64,000 bases of DNA, from assembly GCF_036365525.1 (NCBI RefSeq), contig NC_090399.1, positions 67,078,862 through 67,142,861 of the forward strand, in the 5' to 3' direction. Below the pieces are notes generated by a model. That model worked only from the letters and a program-made list of their open reading frames with translations, had not been told where the DNA came from and did no database searches. Source of the stretch: Heterodontus francisci. Lineage: Eukaryota. A program made the translations under genes and the position numbers. Within the stretch, counting starts at the first letter, position 1. Each line of letters starts with the position of its first letter. This document shows, one piece after another, positions 37,578 through 47,912 of the stretch.

Positions 37578-39604
37578 TCACTGTGAGGAGGGAGTGGAAG
37601 TGCACCTGGCCCTCCACTCCCCCAGCAACCCATTGAGGAACACATTAAAACGGCGCCTCTCAACCAGTTTCACGCCCGTGCGCTTGCCCGCTTTCTTCAG
37701 GGCGGCACGGATGGACTGTATGATCAGCGCCAGATTCGACCAACGACTGAGGGCCAGCTGAACTTTATTGCGGCAACCCCTGCAAGCCGCGAGGAAATCC
37801 CGGAGTTCCGCCGTGGGGATTCGGTGGGAGGCACGAGGGACTCCACCACCTCACTGGTGATGGAATCAAGGTCATCCTCCGTGCCCCACACCGAATCCCC
37901 ATCCTCCTCCGGGTCGTCACCGCCAGCGGCCGACACATCCACCACACACTGTGGGGCGGACGTCCCGGCCGCGCCAGCTGGTCCCGCCTCCGTCACGATC
38001 CCACCCCCAGGATCGATGGTGGAGCAGTCCTTTCTGGGTTCTACTGTGAAACTGGAGCCTGTGGGTGCCAGCAGTTCAGGACCCCCCCTCCACCTCCATC
38101 CCCAGGGCAATGAGTGGTCCAGGGGAGACAGAAGTTCCGACTCCGGAAATCCAGCCAGAGCCGAGACTGGTGGAGGAGGAGAGAGGAGGCCATCTCCAGC
38201 TCCACCAGCACCCACAGGCTCAGCAGATGGGGCAGCATTCTCAGTTATAACCGGGTCGGGTGTCTCCTGGTTGGTGGTGGACTCCGGCTGGGAGGGCCGA
38301 CCCTCTGGGGCCTCGCCCTCCCCTTCACTCAGGGCACCCGACCCAGTAGCAATGGCAGAATGGGCGGCGTCCCCAGGCTCCCCCACCACAAGCAAGGCCC
38401 CACTTACTCCTTCAGGAGGCGCCTCAAGTACCGGGGCCTTCCCCTCCCCTCCATCCTGAGGAATAGGGTGCTCCTGCCTGGACTTTGTAGCCTTGTTGCT
38501 GGCGGAAGGGGAAACCTGGGGACCCGAAACAGGAGACAGCTCCCATCAAACAGATGGGCCCTGCGCCTCAGGGCCCCTCGTTACCTCAGTGGAGGGGTGC
38601 CTTCTCCTCTTTTTCCCACTAGGGCGCAGAGGCTCAGAGACATCTGTGTCATCAGAGGCCTCCGCCTCCTCCTTCTTTTTAGTCACCCTGGGCCTGAGCC
38701 CAGCCCTGGGACAGGTGGATTCCGTGAGAACGGGCTTTGGGCTGAGCTCAGGCTCAGGTTGTTTCAATGTGTCCAGGGGACGCGCCTCTTGATGTTTCTT
38801 TTGCCTCCGTGTCTTCCTTCCACACGGACGGGCTCTCCCCTCCCCGCTGGAGGCTGTGAAAACCACAGCCTCCGGAACCGACTGAGCGGTGTCTGTTGGA
38901 TGTGTGGTGGGAGTGGGAGGAGGTGCTGTGGAACCACTCTGGGCCGCCGAGGTGGAGCTGGCGGCCAGGAGGTTGGGGCAGTTTTTACGAACATGCTTCA
39001 CCCCCGTGCAGACGTGGCACGCGCCCCGTCCGAGGTCCAAAAGACGCGGTAGGCCGTCCCCTGGAACTCCACATTAAATTGGCCTTCCAAGTCCTCCTCC
39101 CGCGCCAGCTGCATAAATACCTGGCGGCGTAAGGAGTAGACATGTTGGAGGCTGTGTTCCCGAAGACCCAGCCGGACTGGGGTGATCCCTAACCTCACCT
39201 CCCCCAGATGGTGTAGATGGGGGAGGAGGAGCTCACTGGGAATGAAGGGTGGGACGTTTGATAACATTATCCGCTGCGCAGTGGCCCCCAGAAGGTCCAC
39301 CGGCAGGAAGAATCCCCCCACAGTGAGCCCCTTACTCAGGGCCAGGGACACGGCCCGCTCGGTCTTTAGAAAAAACACAGCCTTCCCATACATCTTTGAG
39401 GCCGCAACAATGGCCGAGGGGCCGACAACCTCGGCCATTGCCTTCACACAGTCCTCAATGGACATGTTGGGGTGGGGATAGCTCTTCACCCCATGGCTGG
39501 ATGTTATTAATTTAAAGGGTGACGGGGCTACGTGGGCAGCCACAGAGGCTGCAGCTGCATAGGTTGTAGAGGGCCCCGCCACCTGTAATGAAGGGCTTGC
39601 CAAT
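37578..39604 (-). pseudogene. Tx1 ORF1, frameshifted, ATG lost (TTG at the homologous position)
   Basis: ASPSLQVAG..AASKMYGKAVFFL..SNVPPFIP; CHVCTGVKHVRKNC knuckle. Confidence 0.87.
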
Positions 39605-40234
39605 TGTCTAAGAGCTAACCCACCCCAAATTGTAGGCTTGAAAATAACTTTAAGATGCACAAAACAAACAAACAACAGGTTAGGGGAGAGGCTGAGGGAA
39701 TAGAGGAGAGGGAAAGACAGGCTGTCAGGGATGACTTTCTTTTCCTTTCTGGAGGTGGTACACACAGCACACTTGAAACAGTCTCTGCCAGCACACGGTC
39801 TTCCGGTCTTCTGGTTGGGGGAGGCGTCTTCACCTGGGTCAGCTGAAGCTGCCCAGGCACTATCTATCACCTTCCAACTGTTTAGCAGGGCAGCTTCAGC
39901 TGACTCAGGCTGGGCAATTGAGGTGGGGAGGGAGCTTCCCTGCAACTTTAGTGCAACTGCACAGCTCCCTGCAGAATTGTATAGCCCCCACCCCTTGTTC
40001 TTCTGGCCTCTTCCACCTCCCACAGCAGACCAAATGAAATGAGTCTGGTGCTCAACACCCACCTCGAAATACAGGCTTATTCCAAAAGTCTCTCCTCCTC
40101 TGCAGCAAATGTTGTTCAAAGTTTTTACAGCTTCTCCTCAGCTCTCCCTCTCCAGCAGCACCTCCAGCAACTGACTGCAGCACTGTCAGCTGCACCTCAT
40201 TGATGCACTTTGGAGTCCCAATTAGGAAGCAGCC

Positions 40235-40525
40235 AACCCCAGTGCTGTACCTGTCCTGGGCAGTGTTTGATGGGGGACAGTGTAGAGTTTGCTTTACTCT
40301 GTATCTAACCCCCGTGCTGTACCTGTCCTGGGGAGTGTTTGATGGGGGACAGTGTAGAGTTTGCTTTACTCTGTATCTAACCCCCGTTTTTTTTTTTTCT
40401 TTTTGTAGAGGGAGCTTTACTCTGTATCTAACCCCCGTGCTGTACCTGTCCTGGGAGTGTTTGATGGGGGACAGTGTAGAGTTTGCTTTACTCTGTATAT
40501 AACCCCAGTGCTGTATCTGTGCTGT
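40235..40525. repeat. ~70-72-bp minisatellite (about 4 units), the apparent Tx1 target
   Basis: Unit AACCCCCGTGCTGTACCTGTCCTGGGAGTGTTTGATGGGGGACAGTGTAGAG(TTTG/GGAG)CTTTACTCTGTATCT; starts at 40235, 40307, 40379, 40430, 40501. Confidence 0.93.
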
Positions 40526-40691
40526 AACATGTGGGCTGGCAGTTGTTGTGCCGAGCTGATTATCGGAATCTCTCTGCCTGTGTCGGGGTGTGGAGGAGGA
40601 GGGACAGGGACAGGGGTGGGGCAGCTGCTGGAATCTGTGGTTTAGGCAGTGCAGCAGAGCAGTGAGCTGTGAAAGGAGCTGCAGATTTGCG

Positions 40692-40769
40692 ATGGCCAGC
40701 GATCCTCGGAAGATCCAATTCACGGAACCAGTGCTGGATTTAGGGCTGGACCCACGGATGGCGGAGCAG
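40692..40769 (+). CDS. PPP1R1A: First coding exon of a protein phosphatase 1 inhibitor-1/DARPP-32 family gene (PPP1R1A-like)
   Basis: MASDPRKIQFTEPVLDLGLDPRMAEQ resembles the inhibitor-1 N-terminus (SPRKIQFTVPLLEPHLDPEAAEQ), including the KIQF PP1-docking motif; followed directly by a phase-0 donor CAG|GTAACG; good Kozak context GCGATGG. Paralog assignment (1A vs 1B/1C) is tentative; later exons not found in the window. Confidence 0.78.
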
Positions 40770-40959
40770 GTAACGGGATCATTCCCAGCACGACCACAGC
40801 ATATAGAACACACACTCGTGGCTAGCAAATAGATTTTAAAAAGAACTGAAGTCTGTGTTTCAATGGTGTCATATGTGATTTACTTAAACTTGGGACATTT
40901 TCTGCTTCTCCATCCTCTGGGCCAAGTAAATGTTTCTCTCTGTTCACACTTTTTAATTA

Positions 40960-41290
40960 GATAGAGAGGAACAGTTTCCAGTGGCAGGAGGGTCAGTCAC
41001 CAGAAGACACAGATTTAAGGTCATTGGTAAAAGAACTGGAGAGGACATGAGGAACAATTTGTGTTCCGCAGTCAGTTGTTGTGATCTGGAACGCGCTGCC
41101 TGAAAGGGCAGTGGAAGCAATTCAATAGGAACCTTCAAAAGGGAACTAGATAAAGTCTCAAAGGGGGAAGATTTACAGGACTGTGGGGGAAGAGGAGGTA
41201 AGTGGTTTTTATTGGACAGCACTTTCAACGAGCCAGAAGCAGCATAGTGGGCCGAATGACCTCCTTTTGCTCTGTGTGATTCTCTGATTG
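40960..41290 (+). mobile_element. Old CR1 3' fragment
   Basis: GGGTCAGTCACCAGAAGACACAGATTTAAGG..TGGAACGCGCTGCCTGAAAGGGCAGTGGAAGCA..GGGCCGAATGACCTCCTT tail. Confidence 0.8.
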
Positions 41291-41319
41291 TACCGTATAA
41301 TATCAGTGTGCTAACGTAC

Positions 41320-41670
41320 AGGTTTGTTCTCCTTCGAGCAGAGGAGGTTTATTAAACGTGTTCAAAATCATGGAGGTTTTTGACCGAGTAAATAAGGAGA
41401 AACTGTTTCCAGTGGTAGTGGGGTGAGTCACCAAAGGACACAGATGGAAGATCTTTGGTAAAAGTAGTAGAGGCAATGTGAGGAAACTTTATTTTTTAAC
41501 GCAGTGAGTTGTTAGAACCGTGAATGCAGGGTTTGAAAAAGTGGTGGAAGCAAATTCAATAGGAACTTTCAAAGGGCAATTGGATAAAATCCTTGAAGGA
41601 AAATATTCACAGGGCTATGGGGGAGGAGCGGGGAAGTGGGCAGAGAACGATGGGCTGAATGGCCTCCTAT
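41320..41670 (+). mobile_element. Old CR1 3' fragment (second)
   Basis: TTGTTCTCCTTCGAGCAGAGGAGG..TTCAAAATCATG..GATGGGCTGAATGGCCTCCT. Confidence 0.75.
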
Positions 41671-42790
41671 TACTGGGGTTTGTATGAACAATCCTCCATT
41701 GTTTCAGCTGACAAATGGCCTTTTGTGACTGCACATATCCCAAAATGACTCTTCACTCCGGTCCTTTTCAATCATTAACTAACTGGCTCCAACCTTCCCC
41801 CCACAAGGACCATCAAACCACATCAAACCTCTCCTGATGGCTGTCAATTCCAGCATTTATAGACTAATACAGCTCTGGGGGAGGCCATTCGGCCCACTGT
41901 GCCTGTGCTGGCTCTTTGGCGGATCTACCATGGGTGCTTCATTGTATTAACTGGGGATTCAGCTGAGCTTATATGTACAGGAGCCAGCTGAAAGGTGGGT
42001 GTCGGATTGGCGGTGAACGATATTTAACATAAATAAAAGCTTATCAATGTAAAAAGACAAGGCTCCAGTTACATTCTTCACCGCCCAGCTAGATGAAATA
42101 TAGCAGAATGTATCAAATTAATCCACTCCCCTGTTCTTTCCCCATAGCCCTTCAAACTTTAACCCTCTTTAAGTACATACACAATTCGAATAAGCTTGTA
42201 AAGAGAGTGAGGGATACAGGAATTCAAAACTGACAGGACATTAAAAAAAATTGAAGTTCAGTGTGGTGATCATGGGTGTACTGGGGAAAGAGTTTGTAAC
42301 GCGGAGGGCCGTCTTGAAACACTCGGTTTAATTTAAGCTGCCTCTCCAAATGATTTTCCCACCAAACGAAAGTGACCTGTAAAAGGGCTGACTGTTGACT
42401 GACTGCAGTTAAATGAATGTGGGAGCCTGCATTCTGGGACCTGTACAATTACGTTGTGACGCAAACTCATGTTTCTGCAAGATTTTTAATCGTTTGTCTT
42501 ATCTTTACTGCACATCTTACAAGGCTTTTTTTCTATTTAATGTCCCTACCCTCATGACTTTAAAAAGGCTTCCAGTATTCTGGGCACCAGTCCTGTTAGG
42601 AGCAGTAGTCTGTCAACTGCCTCCTGTCTAAACACAGCACAATTCATTAACCCCTAAGCTGCAAGGGACAGGCTGAAACATTGGTGAAAAAGACTATTTA
42701 AAAGCATGAGGGAAAGGACAGTGTGAAGACAAACAGGCACACACCCCTGCTCACCCACACTGACATTTAATGTGAAAATGGACAGTTTGA

Positions 42791-42985
42791 ACACACACAC
42801 ACACACACAAACATACATACACACCCTGCTCTCCCACACACACACACACAACATACTCACACATGCACACACGCATACACACATAAACATACACACCCTG
42901 CTCTCACACCCACAGACACAGACATGCTTCTCACACACACATTCCCTGCTCACACACGCACATACAAACACACACACACACGTTG

Positions 42986-43055
<70 letters not shown>

Positions 43056-43112
43056 GCTCTTTCTCTGCCCCCCTCTCCCGCCCCACGCACACACACACCC
43101 TGCTCTCACACA
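42791..43112. repeat. (CA)n microsatellite with interspersed CACCCTGCTCTC motifs
   Basis: Pure CA run ~42988-43052 within a degenerate CA-rich block. Confidence 0.95.
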
Positions 43113-43177
43113 CTGTGACATTCAGTATAAGAAAGGGCAGTCACTGACTCCAGTTTTGCTCGGGCTCCTTGATGCCA

Positions 43178-43534
43178 CACTCAGTCAAATGCTGCCTTAA
43201 TGTCAAGGGCAGTCACTCTCACCTCACCTCTTGAGTTCAGCTCTTTTGTCCATGTTTGAACCAAGGCTGTAATGAGGTCAGGAGCTGAGTGGCCCTGATG
43301 GAACCCAAACTGGACGTCACTGAGCAGATTATTGTGAAGCAAGTGCTGCTTGATAGCACTGTCAACGACACCTTCCATCGCTTTACTGATGATCAGGCGT
43401 AGACTGATGGAGCGGTAATTGGCCGGGTTGTATTTGTCCTGCTTTTCTGTGTACAGGACATTCTACATTGTCGGGCAGCTGCCAGTGTTGTAGCTGTACT
43501 GGAACAGCTTGGCTAGGGACATGGCTAGTTCTGG
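43178..43534 (-). mobile_element. Old LINE (CR1/L2 group) RT fragment
   Basis: YRSISLRLIISKAMEG..QFGFHQGHSAPDLI..VTALDIKAAFD. Confidence 0.82.
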
Positions 43535-44706
43535 TGAGGAGGATAGTAGCTGAATCCAGGAGGACATAGACAGACCGGAAAATTGGGCAGATGAAGTTTA
43601 ACGCAAAGAATCGTGAAGTGATGCATTTTGACAGGGGGAATGAGGAGAGACAACATGAAAGAAATGGAACAATATTAAGGTGGGTGCAGGAGTAGGGAAA
43701 CTGGAAGTGTACTTAGATAAATCTTTCAAACTGGCAGAGCACGTTGTGAAGGCTGGGAAAACAAGGTGTGTCCTTCGCTTTATAAATGGGCGAATGGAGT
43801 ATAAAAGGCAGGCACTTAAACTAAACCTTTATAAAATAGTGGGTAGGTCTCAGCTGGAAGATTGTACCCAATTCGACACCACACTCTGAGGAGGGAAGTC
43901 AAGGCCTGAGAGAAGGTGCAGAGGCTGATTACTAGACTGGTTCTAGGAAGGAAAGGCTTCAGTTCCTGGCAAGATGAGTGAAACCAGGATTGTTCTCCTC
44001 AGAACAGAGAAGGTGAAGAGGAAAGGAGATTTGATAGGGACTTTCAAAATAATGAAGGGCTCTTACAGAGCAGGGTTGTCCAAACTTTTTGGGCCGAGGG
44101 CCGCGTTATAATTTTTGCTCGGCCCAAAGGGGCCGGTGAGCAAATTTCGAAAGATAAAGGCACTAAAAATTTATTGTATTACTAAAAACAGCAAGAAATG
44201 GGCATTTTTGTGAAGAAGCTTTAAATGAGAAGTCTAATTTCACAGCTGACAACTGCCGACATTGGGAACAGTCGTTTCCCAACCGACTCGGGATTTTCCG
44301 GCGTGCTTTTTGAAAAAAAACTCAGAACCTACTGGAAAACCCCTAGTCCGTTGGGAAACGACTGTTCCCAATGTCAGCAGCTGTCAGCTGTGAAACTGAC
44401 GGCGATCTTTTTAAAAAGGCCACTCTAAGAGGAAGACGACAAGAGGAAATTTTCCATCTCCAGTCACGGTGAGGACGAGGAATGGCCCCAGGAACAGTTT
44501 ACACCCGCGGGCCGAATGGAAACGTTTGGCAGGCCGGATTCTGGCCTGTGGGGACAACTGTGTTATTGAGTCAATCAGGGGAAACAGGTTCCATCGACAG
44601 AAGAGTCGGTAACCGGAAGGACACAGAATAAAGGTAAATTACAAACAAGTCCGAGGTGAAGTGAGGAAAGATTTTTGACAGCAAATTTTTATGATCTGGA
44701 ATGCTA
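43535..44706 (+). mobile_element. Old degraded CR1 ORF2 3' part, interrupted by a hAT MITE
   Basis: QEDIDR..QMKFNAK..EVMHF, MEYKRQALKLNLYKIVGRSQLEDCTQF, FKIMKG, resuming after 44570. Confidence 0.78.
44071..44562. mobile_element. Non-autonomous hAT (Charlie-like) MITE with an internal inverted repeat
   Basis: Left TIR CAGGGTTGTCCAAAC, degenerate right TIR GGACAACTGTG, imperfect 8-bp TSD TTACAGAG/TTATTGAG, subterminal GGGCCG motifs. Confidence 0.72.
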
Positions 44707-44709
44707 TAT

Positions 44710-45290
44710 CCAATGCCTTCAGTCGTTTCTTGCTATCCCGTGGAGTGAATCGAATTGGCTGAAGACTGAAATCTGTGTTGCTGGGGACCTCAGGAGGAGA
44801 CTGAGATTGATCATTCACTTGGCATTTCTGGCTGAAGATTTTTGCTAATTCTTCAGCCTTGGCTTTTGCACTGATGTGCTGGGCTCCTCAGGATGGGAAT
44901 GTTTGTGGAGCCTTCTTCTCCGGTTAGTTGTTTAATTGTCCACCACCATTCATAGACTGGATGTGGCAGGACTGCAGAGCTTAGATCTGATCCATTGGTT
45001 GTGGGATCGCTCAGCTCTGTCTTTAACATGCTGCTTCTGTTTGAGAGCATGTTGTGTTGTAGCTTCACCAGGTTGACACCTCATTTTGAGGTATGCCTGG
45101 TGCTGCTCCTGGCATATCCTCCAGCACTCTTCATTGAACCAGGGTTGGTCTCCTGGCTTGATGGTTATGGTAGAGTGGGGGATATGCCGGGCCATGAGGG
45201 TACAGCTTGTGGTTGAGTACAATTCTGCTGCTGCTGATGGTCCACAGTGCCTCGTGGATGCCCAGTTTTAAGTTGTTGGATCTGCTCTTA
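44710..45290 (-). mobile_element. Upstream part of the old LINE seen at 43178-43534
   Basis: HIPHSTITIKPGDQPWFNEEC..EQHQAYLKMR..WWWTIKQLTG (APE-RT linker region). Confidence 0.75.
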
Positions 45291-45339
45291 ATCTCTGCCT
45301 TCGAATTGTGACACTTCTCCTCCTTAATCCAGAGCTGGT

Positions 45340-45930
45340 TGAGCAGAAAATTCCTTCAGCTAAATTTTGGGAAGACCAAAGCCATTGTCTTCAGTTCCCG
45401 CTCCAAACTGCATTCCTTAGCCACCGATTCCATCCCTCTCCCTGGCAACTGTCTGAGGCTGAACTAGACTGTTCACAACCTCGGGGTCATATCTGACCTG
45501 GAGTTAAGCCTCCAACCCCATAAACTCTCCACCACTCAGACCGCCTACTTCCACCTCTGTAAAATCCACCGACTCTGCTCCTGTCTCCGCTCATTTATTG
45601 CGGAAAAACCTCATTCCTGCCCTTGTTACCTCCAGATTCAGCTTTTCCAATGCACTCCTGGCTGACCTCTCACCTCGCCCCATTATAAACCTGAGGTCAC
45701 ACAAAACTCCGCTACCTGTGTCCTAACTCACACTGAGTCCCGTTCCCCTCTCACCCCTGTGCTCACTGACCTACACTGGCTCCCGGGTAAACAACGCATT
45801 GAATTTAAAATTCTCATCCTTGTTTTCAAATCCCTCCATGGTCTCGCCCCTCCCTATCCCTGTAATCTCCTCCAGCCCTACAACCCTCTGAGAAAGCTGC
45901 ACTCCACTAACTTTGGCCTCTTGAGCAACC
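45340..45930 (+). mobile_element. L2 LINE ORF2 C-terminal fragment
   Basis: LQLNFGKTKAIVF, NLGV, AYFHL, LVTSR, TPVLTDLHWLP..RIEFKILILVFKSLHGLAPPY. Confidence 0.88.
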
Positions 45931-46085
45931 CTGAAAGTGAAAGGGGGAGGGGAGATGGAGAGCAATAATCATGGTGAAAGCACCAAATAGTTCCTCTGGA
46001 TTTCCAACTTGTGATTTCTTTTTCAAATTAACTTGCATGCTTGTTTTCTTGCCTGTAGGTGGAAGGTATGACTTAGGTTCAAATG

Positions 46086-46546
46086 GTGGGGAAGAGGAGT
46101 GAAAGGTGGAGGGGAGTGAGAGGGAAGGGGTGGTAAGGAGTGTGGAGGGGGAAGCAAGGGGGAGGAGAGACTGAGGGAGGAGGTAGAGAGAGGCAGAAGG
46201 GCTAAGGGAAAGTGGCAGACAGGAATGAGGGGAGGAGACAGTGGAATGGAGAAGGAGGGAAGGACAGTGGAGGTGGAGGATTGAAAGAGGGTGAGGAGGA
46301 GGAGGGGAAGAAGATGAGAGGAGAGAGGGGCAAAATGGTAGAGAGCAAAAGGGAGAGGAGAGGAGGAACAAGGGGGAGAGGATGGGGGAGACGGAGAGAG
46401 GTGGAGGGGAAGGTGAGAGGGGGGAAAGTGGGGAGGAGGAGGAGAGGAGATGTGGAGAGAGAAGAAGGAGAAAGGAGGGGAGAGATGAGGAAGAGAGGGC
46501 AGAGGGAGAGATAAGAGGAGGAGAGGGGAGGTGGAGAGGAGAGGAA
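46086..46546. repeat. G/A-rich polypurine low-complexity tract
   Basis: Almost only G/A on +. Confidence 0.9.
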
Positions 46547-47660
46547 GTACTGAGGGCAGACTGCATTATCGGACAGTGAGTACTGAATGCATTCTGCACT
46601 GTCAGTGGGTCAGTACTGAGGTAGTGCTGCATTTTCAGAGGTTCAGTGCTGAGGGAGCCCTGCACTGTCAGGGTCAGTACTGAGGGAGTGCTGCACTGTC
46701 GGAGAGTCAGTGCTGACGGAGTGCTGCACTGTCGGAGGGTCAGTACTGAGGGAGTGCTGCACTGTCGGAGGGTCAGTACTGAGGGAGTGCTGCACTGTCG
46801 GAGAGTCAGTGCTGACGGAGTGCTGCACTGTCGGAGGGTCAGTACTGAGGGAGTGCTGCACTGTCGGAGGGTCAGTACTGAGGGAGTGCTGCACTGTCGG
46901 AGGGTCAGTACTGACGGAGTGCTGCACTGTCGGAGGGTCAGTACTGAGGGAGTGCTGCATTGTCGGAGGGTCAGTACTGAGGGAGTGCTGCACTGTCGGA
47001 GGGTCAGTACTGAGGGAGTGCTGCACTGTCGGAGGGTCAGTGCTGACGGAGTGCTGCACTGTCGGAGGGTCAGTACTGACGGAGTGCTGCACTGTCGGAG
47101 GGTCAGTACTGAGGGAGTGCTGCATTTTCGGAGGGTCAGTACTGAGGGAGTGCTGCACTGTCGGAGGGTCAGTACTGAGGGACTGCTGCACTGTCGGAGG
47201 GTCAGTACTGACTGAGTGCGGCACTGTCGGAGGGTCAGTACTGAGGGAGTGCTGCACTGTAGGAGGGTCAGTACTGAGGGAATGCTGCCCTTTCGGAGGG
47301 TCAGTACTGAGGGTGTGCTGCACTGTCGGAGGGTCAGTACTGAGGGAGTGCTGCACTGTCGGAGGGTCAGTACTGAGGGAGTGCTGCACTGTCGGAGGGT
47401 CAGTACTGAGGGAGTGCTGCACTGTCGAAGGGTCAGTACTGAGGGAGTGCTGCACTGTCGGAGGGTCAGTACTGAGGGAGTGCTGCCCTGTCGGAGTGTC
47501 AGTCCTGAGGGAGTGCTGCCCTGTCGGAGTGTCAGTCCTGAGGGAGTGCTGCCCTGTCGGAGGGTCAGTACTGAGGGAGTGCTGCCCTGTCGAAGGGTCA
47601 GTACTGAGGGAGTGCTGCACTGTCGGAGGGTCAGTACTGAGGGAGTGCTGCACTGTTGGA
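46547..47660. repeat. 33-bp minisatellite GGAGGGTCAGTACTGAGGGAGTGCTGCACTGTC (~30 clean units plus degenerate left units)
   Basis: Direct tandem repetition with an 11-codon period in the ORF track. Confidence 0.97.
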
Positions 47661-47912
47661 GGTGCCATCTTTCAGCTGAGACATTAACCTGTCTGTCCTC
47701 CCAGGTGCTGGTAAAAAAACCCACGGATACTATTCTAAGTATAAGATACTAAAACAAATGAGATGATGATTAGCACATTGCTATGTTTGGAATCTTACTA
47801 TATGCAAATTGGTTGCTGAGTTTCCTAAAACGTAACAGTGATGACATTTGCAAATTAGTTCACTTCCTGTAAAACACTCTGGCATGTCTTGTGATAAGGA
47901 AAGCTCTGAGAT
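47628..47912 (+). mobile_element. DeuSINE (SacSINE1/AmnSINE-like) remnant
   Basis: AGTACTGAGGGAGTGCTGCACTGTTGGAGGTGCCATCTTTCAGCTGAGACATTAA (recalled Deu-domain start) and 3' part CACATTGCT..GCAAATTGGTTGC..AACAGTGA..TGTAAAACACT. Confidence 0.7.

Larger units (their letters stand above)
33607..40240 (-). mobile_element. L1/Tx1-clade non-LTR retrotransposon, full-length decayed copy 2
   Basis: Same architecture as copy 1 and clearly homologous; T-run at 33607-33615; head GGGGTTGGCTGCT ends at 40240 on +. Confidence 0.94.

Noticed and set aside
33616-40240. Reading copy 2 as an LTR retrotransposon because of its terminal direct repeat
   Set aside because: It has APE-RT and poly(A), with no protease, integrase, PBS or TG..CA ends, and the repeats are only partly identical
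40300-40315. TAACCC in the target as evidence of telomere-repeat targeting
   Set aside because: A single hexamer per monomer and no (TTAGGG)n array; insufficient on its own
46547-47660. 33-bp repeat as a CRISPR array or repeat-protein gene (605/341/325-aa ORFs)
   Set aside because: No spacers; eukaryotic context; a period divisible by 3 keeps frames open on both strands
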